A stretch of DNA of 64,000 bases from an uncultured Prochlorococcus sp. (GCA_902525585.1 CABZHQ010000003.1:545-64544); one strand, 5' to 3'; shown: positions 27,719-37,124, counted from the first letter of the stretch. Numbers and translations are program-made. Notes: generated from the letters alone by a model not told the origin.

Positions 27719-28087
27719 TTAAAATTTAATTTTTGTTTTTACTCTATTTTTATTTTGAGATTTGAATTCAAAAAGTCCTGTTTCAGTAAATATGGTCAAC
27801 TCATCTCCAGATGTTTCTTCAATTGCAATTCCCTCAGACTCTAAATTTTTAACATAAACATTACCAATAAGTTTTAGAGATTTATCATCCTTGTCAAAAG
27901 AAAGCTTGTCCGAATAAGCCTCAAAATTACCACTGTTACTCTTAATGACTACATTACCTTTAGCCTCTAAATCACCTTCTAAAGTATTTATTTGAGAATC
28001 AGATGTAATTGTGTAATTAGTTAATTCCTCAGCAAAAGAAAATTCAGCTAATAGAAATAAAAACGATGCAAGAAATACGCTTTTCAT
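27719..28087 (-). CDS. LptA/OstA-like secreted protein
   Basis: Signal peptide; ITSD.Q, A.GNV.I, L.GNV.V beta-jellyroll repeats. Confidence 0.6.
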   Translation of the reverse strand: MKSVFLASFLFLLAEFSFAEELTNYTITSDSQINTLEGDLEAKGNVVIKSNSGNFEAYSDKLSFDKDDKSLKLIGNVYVKNLESEGIAIEETSGDELTIFTETGLFEFKSQNKNRVKTKIKF

Positions 28088-28441
28088 TTATTCCCAACCC
28101 TTTTCTGCATTTTGAATAATCCATTGTGCAAGAATCTTATCCTCTCCATCCTTCAATTTATTTTTATAACCTTTCATAAAACCAATCCCATCATTAGCAA
28201 TTATTTTTATTGAATTTACATCAGCTATTCCTCTTTTTTCAAGGTCAGAAAGTTTTAATGATTTGGATCCTTTAAGAACGACTAATCCACCTCTTACATG
28301 GCAGCCTGCACAAACATTTCTAAAAATTGTTTCTCCATTTCTAATATCAGAAGCCATTAGATATCTATTTTGCAAAGAGGTTTGAAAAATAATTATTAAA
28401 CTTATTAAAGGAATTACGTATAGAAATTTTAATATTTTCAT
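28088..28441 (-). CDS. Cytochrome c6-like protein
   Basis: G..IF..VCAGCH heme motif, L...DL, G.G.M axial Met, A..GW. Confidence 0.85.
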   Translation of the reverse strand: MKILKFLYVIPLISLIIIFQTSLQNRYLMASDIRNGETIFRNVCAGCHVRGGLVVLKGSKSLKLSDLEKRGIADVNSIKIIANDGIGFMKGYKNKLKDGEDKILAQWIIQNAEKGWE

Positions 28442-28495
28442 TTAATTTATTACAACCAAAGTCAGTTTAGCAATTAATTCTGAATCTCGATCTAT

Positions 28496-29551
28496 CTATT
28501 TTAATAGTTCTACTGCTACGACAAGATTTCCTAATAATCCGTTTAAAATATTTAGTTGTTCTTTACTACCAAAAGCTATTAATACCTGACCTGGCTGAAG
28601 TATAAAATTACCGCCAGGGTTAGTGAACAACTTTTCATTTTCTTTAATGGCTAATATTTTTGCACCGCTTTTTTTACCTATTCCAAGTTCAGAAAGTGAT
28701 CTTTTCTCCGCAGTTTCAAAAAGACTAATATCATTACTTAATTCAAATTCTTCAATTTCACATTCACTTCCTGCAAGCAGATCAAGAAAGTCAATGGCGA
28801 TAGGTCTTAAAGCCATTGAGGCCATTGCTCTACCTGCAGCTATATAAGGGCTTACAACTATACTTGCCCCGGCTAATCTCAACTTACTTGCGGCTTCTTC
28901 AGTTCCCGCTCTTGCTATTACTCTTATAGAACTTCTTATCCCCTTAGCACTTAAAACCACATATAAATTTGCAGCGTCATTAGGCAAAGTAACAACCAAA
29001 CTCTTACATTTTTCTAACCCTGCCAGTTTTAACGTCTCATCAAGAGTTGCATCAGCACAAAGAACTTCTAAACCATTTTCTTCAGCAATTTTTTTTCTAT
29101 CTTCATCACTCTCAACTACTATGATAGGAATATTTTGGGTTTTTATTTGATTAGATATTTCCTGACCAACCCTCCCATATCCGCACAAAATTACATGATT
29201 TTCCATTTTTCTAAGAAGTCTTTTGAAACGTAATTCGTTTACTCTTTGAAAATAGCCGGATTCGAATAATCTAACAGCTTTTTGAAAGGTAAATTGAATA
29301 AAGATCAATCCGCCAACGATTACTAAAACAGTTACGATCCTGCCTTCAGGACTTAAAGGTTGAACTTCTCCAAAACCAATAGTGGTTATTGTGATTAGAA
29401 CCATCCATAAGCAATCACTCCATTCCCATCCTTCTGTTATTCGATAGCCAATTGCACCTAAAAAAAACAGAAAGAATAAAGAATAAATAAGACCAAACCA
29501 AGGCCTTAAATAGTCTTTAATAAAATAGAACTCAAATAATCTAAGCTTCAT
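28496..29551 (-). CDS. Potassium channel with TrkA-N/C domains
   Basis: TITTIGFG filter, GYGRVG Rossmann motif, RCK domains. Confidence 0.9.
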   Translation of the reverse strand: MKLRLFEFYFIKDYLRPWFGLIYSLFFLFFLGAIGYRITEGWEWSDCLWMVLITITTIGFGEVQPLSPEGRIVTVLVIVGGLIFIQFTFQKAVRLFESGYFQRVNELRFKRLLRKMENHVILCGYGRVGQEISNQIKTQNIPIIVVESDEDRKKIAEENGLEVLCADATLDETLKLAGLEKCKSLVVTLPNDAANLYVVLSAKGIRSSIRVIARAGTEEAASKLRLAGASIVVSPYIAAGRAMASMALRPIAIDFLDLLAGSECEIEEFELSNDISLFETAEKRSLSELGIGKKSGAKILAIKENEKLFTNPGGNFILQPGQVLIAFGSKEQLNILNGLLGNLVVAVELLK

Positions 29552-29734
29552 ATCCCTTATTATCGTTAACTATTCAGAAATTTCAAAAAATTTTTCTATT
29601 ATGTTCCTAAAACTATTTATTTGTTTAAGTGAAATACCTATTAAGCAGGATAATAATTTTTATTTTCGTAGCTGTATGCGTTAAACAAATGATTACTGTT
29701 TCAGGTCTTATTTAATAATTTATTGAAATTTAAT

Positions 29735-29866
29735 TCAAGGTTTTACTTGTACCGATTCAATAAGAAAATCAGAAGCTGCTTTTAACCAATCAGCGACTGT
29801 AAGACGAAGGTCAGGTTGAGAATATACAAGTGCGACAATTATTCCAACTAAGATTATCTTTACCAT
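29735..29866 (-). CDS. 43-aa membrane microprotein (MVKIILVG...PDLRLTVADWLKAASDFL)
   Basis: Translated by hand; resembles the 21574/27140/40150 family. Confidence 0.6.
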   Translation of the reverse strand: MVKIILVGIIVALVYSQPDLRLTVADWLKAASDFLIESVQVKP

Positions 29867-29943
29867 GGCAATTCAAATATTCTTATGAATTAAAGCACAC
29901 CTATTTAGTAAAAAGAACCTTAAATTTATAAAAAACAGATTAA

Positions 29944-30297
29944 TTAAAATTTCTCTAATTGATTAAACAAGTATTCCACTCTTCTTAGATTAACGCCTAA
30001 ATCTGATTGACCTAATCTTGCTGCAGATCTTATTTGAATGATTCCTTTAGATCTATCTACATAACTTCTCACATCAAGCTTTAAAATCTCAAGATCATCA
30101 GGGAATCTAAAAATCAAGCTTCTACAAACACCTCTCCAATAATTCCTTCCACTTTCAATAACTTCTGTTCTAGGTAACCCTTCTGCCAGAGAAACAAGTT
30201 GAATGAACTTTTGATCAACATTTATTAGCTTCTTTTCTATTAAGACACTATTTAATGGATTAGTTATTGGAGCAAGACCTTGAATGGAGGAAACCAT
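29944..30297 (-). CDS. DUF1499 family protein
   Basis: S.IF.F.DDLE, IRSAARLG.SDLGVN..RV. Confidence 0.8.
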   Translation of the reverse strand: MVSSIQGLAPITNPLNSVLIEKKLINVDQKFIQLVSLAEGLPRTEVIESGRNYWRGVCRSLIFRFPDDLEILKLDVRSYVDRSKGIIQIRSAARLGQSDLGVNLRRVEYLFNQLEKF

Positions 30298-30416
30298 ATT
30301 TTTAAAAACGATATAGATGTTCTAACCGATTTGATACACAAAGTGAGAGGGAAAAAGTAAAGAATTCTCATAAATTTGATCTCTTCATAAAGATTCCTTA
30401 TTTTGTGATCAAAATT

Positions 30417-30554
30417 CTAAAATTTGAGATTTTTAATTGTTTTTTTTGATAGAGATGGTTGTCTACCTTTTTTACTAGTTAGTTTCCTAACCCATATAAA
30501 AACTCCTACAAACAAAAATATTTCTACAATAATTCCAAGCTGTATAAGGCTCAT
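30417..30554 (-). CDS. 45-aa membrane microprotein
   Basis: Translated by hand: MSLIQLGIIVEIFLFVGVFIWVRK...; TM helix plus basic tail. Confidence 0.55.
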   Translation of the reverse strand: MSLIQLGIIVEIFLFVGVFIWVRKLTSKKGRQPSLSKKTIKNLKF

Positions 30555-30650
30555 TTTTTGTCCTCTTTTTTCTTGTTGGTGCCCTCAATGTATGGCACAA
30601 GAATATTTAATAACCACTTTTTAAATGCATTTAACGATTTCATAATCTAT

Positions 30651-31034
30651 TTATTTGCCTTTTCTCCATAAACTCCTTCTTTTAATGAGATCCTCTATAT
30701 TTGGCCAAGCTGCTATTAATTCTTTAAGTGCCTTTCTATTAGGAGTATAGAAAACACATGACAATGCACTTATTACATAAAGTATGAACCATAACTTACT
30801 TTCTGAATAAGCTAAAAACAAAGAGAAAAGAAAACTTCCAATAAAGAAAAAGAAAAATGACCTATTCAATATTTCTAATGGAGTTCTTTTAAGTCTGTAA
30901 AATTTAATCTTTTTACTATCTTCTTCAGTATCTTTCTGAAATTTACTGTCGTACGAATTAATTATTTCTTCTTCTAGAACTTTTTCATACTCTAAATTAT
31001 CAATTGGATCACTTTGACCCTTTTTATTTATCAT
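30651..31034 (-). CDS. Conserved hypothetical membrane protein
   Basis: 127 aa, two TM helices. Confidence 0.65.
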   Translation of the reverse strand: MINKKGQSDPIDNLEYEKVLEEEIINSYDSKFQKDTEEDSKKIKFYRLKRTPLEILNRSFFFFFIGSFLFSLFLAYSESKLWFILYVISALSCVFYTPNRKALKELIAAWPNIEDLIKRRSLWRKGK

Positions 31035-31317
31035 TGGTATCTATACAGTACAAATATGGTAACTAATTTAAGGTATTTTAAAAAGTATTAAATTTTATCT
31101 GTTAACTGGAGCTATACGAACAGATCATGGTTTTGAAAGTACTTCAAGATTGTCTTATTTATAAAGGATAAATTAGTCAAAATATTCTTTTTAATTTTCC
31201 CAAATCTTTCAGTCATTTAAAAACAATCACTTCTATAAACTTCATAGCAATAATTAAATTGGGAGGCAATATCTAGATCTAGAGTTAAAATAGTTTAGAG
31301 ATTTTAATAATATCTAT

Positions 31318-31629
31318 ATGCAAAGGTATTTGATTTCCTACGAATTTACAGATGGCGAGGATCAAGAAGAAGGGGCAGAAATGCTAATTAATTGGTACGA
31401 ATCAGGTGGTCCCCAAAACAGACCCGAAAACTATGAGGTTCATTCTTGGATTTTTATGGTTCAAAACGGGATTGGACATTCTGTAGTAAGTGCAGATTCT
31501 CTTGAGACAATTTGGAAGCAATGGCATCCCTGGAGAAGGTTAATGGATATAAGTATTCAGCCGTGTATGGATCTTGATGAGACAGTCGGATTATTCAAAA
31601 AACAAAAAATGAATACACGGATAGTCTAA
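31318..31629 (+). CDS. DUF3303-like protein
   Basis: WYESGGP, G...V.AD....IW....PW pattern. Confidence 0.7.
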   Translation: MQRYLISYEFTDGEDQEEGAEMLINWYESGGPQNRPENYEVHSWIFMVQNGIGHSVVSADSLETIWKQWHPWRRLMDISIQPCMDLDETVGLFKKQKMNTRIV

Positions 31630-31662
31630 AAGCATTCACTTCCAAATATAAATTTCTTTTTA

Positions 31663-31676
31663 GTAGCACCTAATAC
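31663..31676 (+). promoter_or_regulatory. Possible NtcA site
   Basis: GTA-GCACCTAA-TAC upstream of the 31722 ORF; spacing to a -10 is not ideal. Confidence 0.3.
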
Positions 31677-31721
31677 TACATACATATTTCACTGCGTTAA
31701 AAAGGATAAGATTAATTTTCC

Positions 31722-31916
31722 ATGATGAATGATTCTTATCACATTTACTTTAAAGGAGAAATTCTTTTCAAGAATTTAAGTAAAGATGAATTTGAATTTG
31801 TTTGGGGAAAACTTTATACATCTTATATAAATGCCCTAAATAAAGAGCTAACCTACGAATTAGTTAGCGAAAACAATATTATGGAGCCGGCCTTTAACCT
31901 TGAGCCATCTTACTAA
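31722..31916 (+). CDS. Small hypothetical protein (cyanophage-like)
   Basis: YHIY....L...LS.DEF...W..L...L.YE pattern. Confidence 0.6.
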   Translation: MMNDSYHIYFKGEILFKNLSKDEFEFVWGKLYTSYINALNKELTYELVSENNIMEPAFNLEPSY

Positions 31917-31936
31917 ATCAAGAATTAAATCCTAGA

Positions 31937-32179
31937 TTATGAATAAAACAAGAAAAGCTCTTTTTCTTTTATTTTGAGGTACTCTTTCTCTTCTTTAGTT
32001 ATATCTATAGCAATTTTATTTGCTTCAGTTTCAACATTCGAACTATAAGTTTCAAAGTTTTCCTTTCTTTTAAATAGGGCAACAATGCCAATATCCGTTA
32101 TGAACCAAATAAAATGATCAGTTTCTCCAATTGGCTCTTCTTTTAAAGAATCAATAATCAAATCGCAGGTTGAATCCAT
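31937..32179 (-). CDS. Conserved hypothetical protein
   Basis: 80-aa ORF. Confidence 0.6.
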   Translation of the reverse strand: MDSTCDLIIDSLKEEPIGETDHFIWFITDIGIVALFKRKENFETYSSNVETEANKIAIDITKEEKEYLKIKEKELFLFYS

Positions 32180-32200
32180 TTAATTAATCTTAGAGGTGTT

Positions 32201-32437
32201 CTAGTTCCCCCCATTGCAAAACCTTACTGCCTCAGAATTGGTGCCACCATCTTCAATTATTTCTGTAACACATTTATTAAAAAGTTTAGATTCTTTTTTT
32301 ACTGAACAGAATCCAAAAGCGATTGCAGCTAAAGCTATTGCCGATACGAAACTAGAACCCAGTTGTATAAAACCATAGGCAAACATAATGTTTTTCTTTC
32401 CAGAACATTTTTTTGAATCCTTTTTTTCTTCTGTCAT
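32201..32437 (-). CDS. Small membrane protein with a Cys motif
   Basis: Paralog of 26194-26427. Confidence 0.75.
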   Translation of the reverse strand: MTEEKKDSKKCSGKKNIMFAYGFIQLGSSFVSAIALAAIAFGFCSVKKESKLFNKCVTEIIEDGGTNSEAVRFCNGGN

Positions 32438-32625
32438 TTTAAATATTTAACTCTTACAAACCTATTTGATTAATCTTGCGTTTGGGAAGTGTTGCCATAG
32501 AGAAAACCGAATTAAACAATTTTTAAACCGCTATGACAAAAATTAAAAATTTCAAGTTTAGATTGATTTTTCTTCACTTTAATTTTCAATTTGATACATC
32601 ATGAAGAAAAAACTTTTTAAATTTT

Positions 32626-32909
32626 TTATCAACATTAGCTTCTGGTATAGAAAATTTATCTTTTTTAAAAAGTAATGATCCCACTGTTATAACAAGAGAT
32701 TATGTTACTTTTTAAACTATATTTTATTTTTTTTGATGAAGTATTAATACTTAAAAATTTTTCCAGAAAAGCTTGTTTTGATAATGCTCCCGAAGAGTTA
32801 TCCACTTTTTGAGCGTTTTTCAACAGGGTTTTCCACAATATGTTGATTAAATTTGAATTTCTATGTGCAAAATAAAATATTATCTTTTTTTAAGAAAAAA
32901 CTATCCACA
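32626..32909. promoter_or_regulatory. Cluster of DnaA-box-like 9-mers
   Basis: TTATCAACA 32626, TTTTCCAGA 32759, TTATCCACT 32798, TTTTCAACA 32817, TTTTCCACA 32829, CTATCCACA 32901. Confidence 0.5.
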
Positions 32910-32970
32910 AATTTTTTTTGGGATCACTATGATTTCTAATGTCTTTCAAATAATTTTAAGAACAAATCTT

Positions 32971-33096
32971 ATGAATCTAAGCGAGACAAAAAAAGATTCA
33001 CATCCCGAAATCAGAAAAGATTTGGAAAAATCTAAGCTTAAAGTTCTTACTAATGAAAATGATTTTTTGGTAAAAAACCTAAAAAAGGCTGGATAA
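32971..33096 (+). CDS. Small hypothetical protein
   Basis: Likely start MNLSETKK within the 32863 ORF. Confidence 0.4.
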   Translation: MNLSETKKDSHPEIRKDLEKSKLKVLTNENDFLVKNLKKAG

Positions 33097-33384
33097 TATA
33101 TTAGAGATAAAACTTTTTAAACAACAAAATTTCAAAAATACCTTTCTAGTACGAAATAATGATTTCTTAAATGATTACCCAATAAAGTTTAAGTTTATCA
33201 ATTATAAAATTTTTATTAAATATATAAAGTAATACGCCTGATACTAAACATAAACAGCAAATCCTGGTTATATTATCCAAATCTCAGTAAGAGATCAGAT
33301 TAGAAATATAAACGGGAAATTTAAAGTTCTTAAAATTATTTAAAAATTTAGTTTTTCCTGTATCCGCACCATAGTTTCTAAAAA

Positions 33385-33636
33385 ATGAATATCCAAGAAC
33401 TTAAAGTCAACTACAAAAAGCTTTTAAACAAAGCTGCCAAAGCAAACGGTCGTAAAGAAACTGTTTCCTACTTAAATCGTGCTGCTAAAATTAAATCAAA
33501 AATCTATTCAAACACTAAAGTAGATTGCTTTAGATGTAATGGGACAGGTTTTCTAAGAATTTCATTAGATGAGACTAAAACATGTCTATCTTGTTATGGG
33601 AAGGGTTTTTTAATTAAAGAAATTCAGCAGGTTTAA
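33385..33636 (+). CDS. Protein with a DnaJ-type zinc-finger fragment
   Basis: CFRCNGTG and CLSCYGKG. Confidence 0.75.
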   Translation: MNIQELKVNYKKLLNKAAKANGRKETVSYLNRAAKIKSKIYSNTKVDCFRCNGTGFLRISLDETKTCLSCYGKGFLIKEIQQV

Positions 33637-33652
33637 AAATTTTTGATTGTTC

Positions 33653-33808
33653 ATGAAAGATCTCATTCAAGCTCACAAAAAATTAATTAAAACAGTTAAA
33701 GAACAAATGGGATTTTCTGATTATGGTATGTATTGGTTAGCTTTCCTGGAAGGAGGTCTAACTATATGGCTGCTGGATAGAATATTTTTCCACTGGTTAA
33801 AGTTTTAA
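33653..33808 (+). CDS. 51-aa membrane microprotein
   Basis: Translated by hand: MKDLIQAHKK...GFSDYGMYWLAFLEG. Confidence 0.65.
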   Translation: MKDLIQAHKKLIKTVKEQMGFSDYGMYWLAFLEGGLTIWLLDRIFFHWLKF

Positions 33809-33897
33809 TTTTTATTTAAGTAAAAAACTTCTACAGGTATTAAATAAATTAATTTATCGAAACCATTTGAAAAGTTGTAGGATGGTAAAAAACTAAT

Positions 33898-34125
33898 ATG
33901 CAATTACTGGGATTAATTCTTCTTCTAGCTAGTAGCTGGTATTTATGGAAATTAACATCAAACTTTCTTGATGAACCAACAAAAAAAGAACTGACTAATA
34001 GTTTAAATAACCTCAAAAATAAATTCTCTGAGGGAAAACAAAATTTCTCTAAAGCAAAAATAAGCGAAGCTTGGGAAAAATACAAAGAAGAAGGTGGTGC
34101 TTTATCTAATAAAGAAAAAAGCTAG
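33898..34125 (+). CDS. Hypothetical membrane protein
   Basis: N-terminal TM helix; coupled to the next ORF. Confidence 0.6.
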   Translation: MQLLGLILLLASSWYLWKLTSNFLDEPTKKELTNSLNNLKNKFSEGKQNFSKAKISEAWEKYKEEGGALSNKEKS

Positions 34126-34379
34126 TGGACTTTTTTATTATTACAAGTCTCACTAAAGATATTTCTAGAATTGATCTAATTGGTATTTTGTTTGGTCATT
34201 TAATTTTTGGTGTTGCATTGACACAGCTTTTAGATTGGACGTGGTTAAAGAACCTTATGAGTGAAGAAGATAAAACAAGGATGCTTAAAAGTTATACATG
34301 GAAAGACTTATTAGTCGATGGAGCAATTTTCACAGTAGTTCTAGGAATAATCTTTTTGATAATTAGCATTTTTCTATAA
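34125..34379 (+). CDS. Hypothetical membrane protein
   Basis: Two TM helices; TAGTG overlap with the previous ORF. Confidence 0.6.
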   Translation: MDFFIITSLTKDISRIDLIGILFGHLIFGVALTQLLDWTWLKNLMSEEDKTRMLKSYTWKDLLVDGAIFTVVLGIIFLIISIFL

Positions 34380-34469
34380 ATGAACGTAACTTACATCCTT
34401 TTAGTTTTTTTAATGATATCAATTGTGATTTTCACTCAAATAATCAATTCCTCCGATAAATCAAAATAA
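34380..34469 (+). CDS. 29-aa membrane microprotein
   Basis: Starts immediately after the previous stop (TAA-ATG). Confidence 0.45.
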   Translation: MNVTYILLVFLMISIVIFTQIINSSDKSK

Positions 34470-34571
34470 ATGACCGAAGTAACTAGCAACTCCTCAACTG
34501 GATGGTACTTAATCGCTTTGGTAAGCACTTTATCTTTTTTAGCCTTAATTTACTTCGGCCAAAAAAGATAG
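34470..34571 (+). CDS. 33-aa membrane microprotein
   Basis: TAA-ATG junction; MTEVTSNSSTGWYLIALVSTLSFLALIYFGQKR. Confidence 0.5.
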   Translation: MTEVTSNSSTGWYLIALVSTLSFLALIYFGQKR

Positions 34572-34601
34572 AGTAAATTTTGAAAGACTATTTAAATTCA
34601 T

Positions 34602-34640
34602 AAAAAAAGCTCTGCAACTTCATGAAATGCAGAGCTTTTA
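34602..34640. terminator. Bidirectional terminator
   Basis: AAAAAAAGCTCTGCA...TGCAGAGCTTTT. Confidence 0.75.
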
Positions 34641-34657
34641 ATTATTAAGTAACTGAT

Positions 34658-34780
34658 TTATATAAATCTATTAATTATAAAACCTTTTTTCTTAATCAAA
34701 GAAAAAGAGACCGATGAATGTGATGAAGATACTGAATTCACGGCCCCTTTAATAACCGCATTTTTCGGTAGATACGACAA
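34658..34780 (-). CDS. 40-aa ORF with a perfect Shine-Dalgarno inside a structured region
   Basis: AAGGAGGTGA 4 nt before TTG; MSYLPKNAVIKGAVNSVSSSHSSVSFSLIKKKGFIINRFI. Confidence 0.5.
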   Translation of the reverse strand: MSYLPKNAVIKGAVNSVSSSHSSVSFSLIKKKGFIINRFI

Positions 34781-34912
34781 TGAATCACCTCCTTTACTAA
34801 TGTTTTTTTAAAGATAACTAAAAGAATGAAACAAGGAAAGAAATTCGTTAAAAATTTAAAAGTTTTTTAACAAATTAACAATATAAATCTCTTAAAAATA
34901 AAAATATAGATA

Positions 34913-35578
34913 TTACCAAGGCAAAACCTCTCCGTTGGCATGCCAAAACGAACCCGAGTTATTTTTATTTAAAGAATCAATACGTTTTAAAAGTCCATTT
35001 GCTGATTCTTCAGGACTAATTCCATTTCTTGTAAAGCCAGTCATTCTTGTACTCACTAAACCAGGATGCAAAATAGCTACATAAATATCATCTCTTGATA
35101 AATCTATAGAAAGTGATTTTGCTGCCATTGACAAAGCCACCTTAGACATCCTGTAACCATAAGAACTTCCAGATGAATTATCTTCAATAGATCCCATTCT
35201 ACTTGTGATAAAAGCAACTTTAGAAGATCTTTTTAAAAGGTGTTTAAGTGATTGGGTCATAAATATTGGGCTCAATGCATTAACTTCAAATTGCCGCAAA
35301 ATACTTTTTTTATCTAAGTTTTCGAAAGAATTAAATTCATAAATTCCTGCATTATGAATTAAGCAATCTAAATTAACTCCAGATAGTTTTTTACACAAAT
35401 TTGTTATCGACTCATCAGATGAAATTTCTATATTCTCTTCAACTCTCACTCCTAAATCTCTAAGTTCTTTTGAAGCTCTCCTACACGTAGCAATTACATT
35501 ATCTCCCCTCTTATGAATTTGCCTACATAGTTCTAATCCAATACCCCTATTTGATCCTGTAATTAGATAAGTCGGCAT
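34913..35578 (-). CDS. Short-chain dehydrogenase (CsgA-like)
   Basis: TGSNRGIG, HNAG, YRMSK, HPG.V.T.M. Confidence 0.9.
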   Translation of the reverse strand: MPTYLITGSNRGIGLELCRQIHKRGDNVIATCRRASKELRDLGVRVEENIEISSDESITNLCKKLSGVNLDCLIHNAGIYEFNSFENLDKKSILRQFEVNALSPIFMTQSLKHLLKRSSKVAFITSRMGSIEDNSSGSSYGYRMSKVALSMAAKSLSIDLSRDDIYVAILHPGLVSTRMTGFTRNGISPEESANGLLKRIDSLNKNNSGSFWHANGEVLPW

Positions 35579-35748
35579 CTTTAAACTAAAAAATAAAAAA
35601 TCAATCTAAATCCAAATATAAAATAAACAAACTAGAAAAAGAAAAAATTTATAAAATTCCTTATCAGATTTATTACGGTTATAATAGTTTTGGTTTACTA
35701 AAGAATTTATAAAGAAAGCAAAGATATTTTTATATCAAAATTTAATCT

Positions 35749-35955
35749 ATGGAAATTTTCAATCAGGAATTTATACAAGAGATTGTTAGGTTAACGTGGA
35801 GAAATCCTGCTTTCATGGCTATAGCTATAGCATTAGTCTGGCTTATCCCACAATTATTAATCAGAAAAATAATGGCAAAAAAATATGAACAAAGAAAAAT
35901 AGAAATTCAGAAAAATAAAATTCAGAAGCTTTACCCAAGCAATACTCCTAAATAA
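35749..35955 (+). CDS. Small conserved membrane protein
   Basis: TM helix plus KIQKLYP tail. Confidence 0.65.
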   Translation: MEIFNQEFIQEIVRLTWRNPAFMAIAIALVWLIPQLLIRKIMAKKYEQRKIEIQKNKIQKLYPSNTPK

Positions 35956-36016
35956 GATTTTTATTTATAAGATGATCTAATGAATCAAAAGAATCCTTTT
36001 CGAATCTAAATGAAAT

Positions 36017-36208
36017 ATGACCTACAAAATAATTAGAATTGATGGAAAAGATGACGAATTAACCGCTCAAAGTTTTGATAATTATTCAGATGCTTACGAT
36101 TTGTTAGAGGAACTATATGGTGATTTATGTTGTTCAGATGCTGATTATGGAGACATAACCTATTACGATATTGTGGAAAATAATTTAAAAAATATTAATG
36201 GAGAATAA
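36017..36208 (+). CDS. Small hypothetical protein
   Basis: Y.DLCCSDAD motif; overlaps the next ORF. Confidence 0.65.
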   Translation: MTYKIIRIDGKDDELTAQSFDNYSDAYDLLEELYGDLCCSDADYGDITYYDIVENNLKNINGE

Positions 36209-36407
36209 AAAATGGGTCCCCTCCCAAGAAGAAAATATGGGGGTAATAACGAGTGTATATGAATTCATTAAAGAAGAACTTTCAGAACTTCAAAAAAAAA
36301 CTGGATGTCCCGATTCATTTATTTATGATTTTATTGGCAAGATTCAGGATGAATGGCATCCAGAATCTTGCCACTCCATAGTTAGAAATAAAAAAAGGAA
36401 AAATTAG
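36198..36407 (+). CDS. Small hypothetical protein
   Basis: 69-aa ORF with LQ..TGCPD.FI motif. Confidence 0.65.
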   Translation: MENKKWVPSQEENMGVITSVYEFIKEELSELQKKTGCPDSFIYDFIGKIQDEWHPESCHSIVRNKKRKN

Positions 36408-36477
36408 AAAATATTAAATCCTCAACTCAAATTTATAAAATTTATCTAATATAGTCTGAATTTAAAAATATTAAATC

Positions 36478-36564
36478 ATGATTATTAGAATACTAGGTAT
36501 CGTACTAATCCTTGGTACGATTGCATATTATGGTTTAGTTTTAACTGGGCAAAGCAACCTTTAG
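36478..36564 (+). CDS. 28-aa membrane microprotein
   Basis: Translated by hand: MIIRILGIVLILGTIAYYGLVLTGQSNL. Confidence 0.4.
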   Translation: MIIRILGIVLILGTIAYYGLVLTGQSNL

Positions 36565-36587
36565 TTTTTAATTTTTAAAAATTTCTC

Positions 36588-36800
36588 ATGAAATGGCCTC
36601 CTACTTTGTGTTGGACAGCACCAAAAACTATTAATGGTAATAGGCATTTTCAAGTTAAAGCTTATGGTGGGAAAAATGAAGATAGATGGGTTGATATTTT
36701 TCCTACCAAAAATAAGAAAGATATTAAAAGAATCTCATGGGCAAAACTAAAATCAGAATGGACTAGTGGATGGTTAAGGCTCCCAAAAGATAAAGATTAA
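36588..36800 (+). CDS. TIGR02450-like Trp-rich protein
   Basis: WT......G.RHF.V, W..LK..W.SGW. Confidence 0.75.
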   Translation: MKWPPTLCWTAPKTINGNRHFQVKAYGGKNEDRWVDIFPTKNKKDIKRISWAKLKSEWTSGWLRLPKDKD

Positions 36801-36887
36801 TTTGTCTATGTAAACAAATATTATTAACCAGAAAACTGTAAAAAGTAATACCTAACTCAAAAAAAATAACTTCTAAAATTTTTTAAA

Positions 36888-37073
36888 TTGCTGTTTAATA
36901 TGAAGTCAGAACCGAAGAAAAAACTCCCAAATAAAAAAGTTATAAGTTCAGCAAAATTTGAGGCTAAAGAACAATTTACAAAATCTGCATTAGAAAATTT
37001 AAAAACAGAAAATGAAAGACTTGTTAATTCACTAAAAAAATCTGGGGAGATTAAAGAATCAAAAAGAAAATAG
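36888..37073 (+). CDS. Small basic hypothetical protein
   Basis: ORF only. Confidence 0.45.
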   Translation: MLFNMKSEPKKKLPNKKVISSAKFEAKEQFTKSALENLKTENERLVNSLKKSGEIKESKRK

Positions 37074-37124
37074 ACTTACAGTACTTAAAAATTTTTATTA
37101 TTATAGAAATTTATAGATTGAGAA

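Noticed and set aside
28482-28496. TCGATCTA partial match to the 17-bp repeat
   Set aside because: Only 8 nt, and in the opposite orientation relative to the adjacent gene
30342-30410. GTGAGAGG as a possible Yfr2 5' end
   Set aside because: Lacks the GGAAACA loop motif of the Yfr2 family
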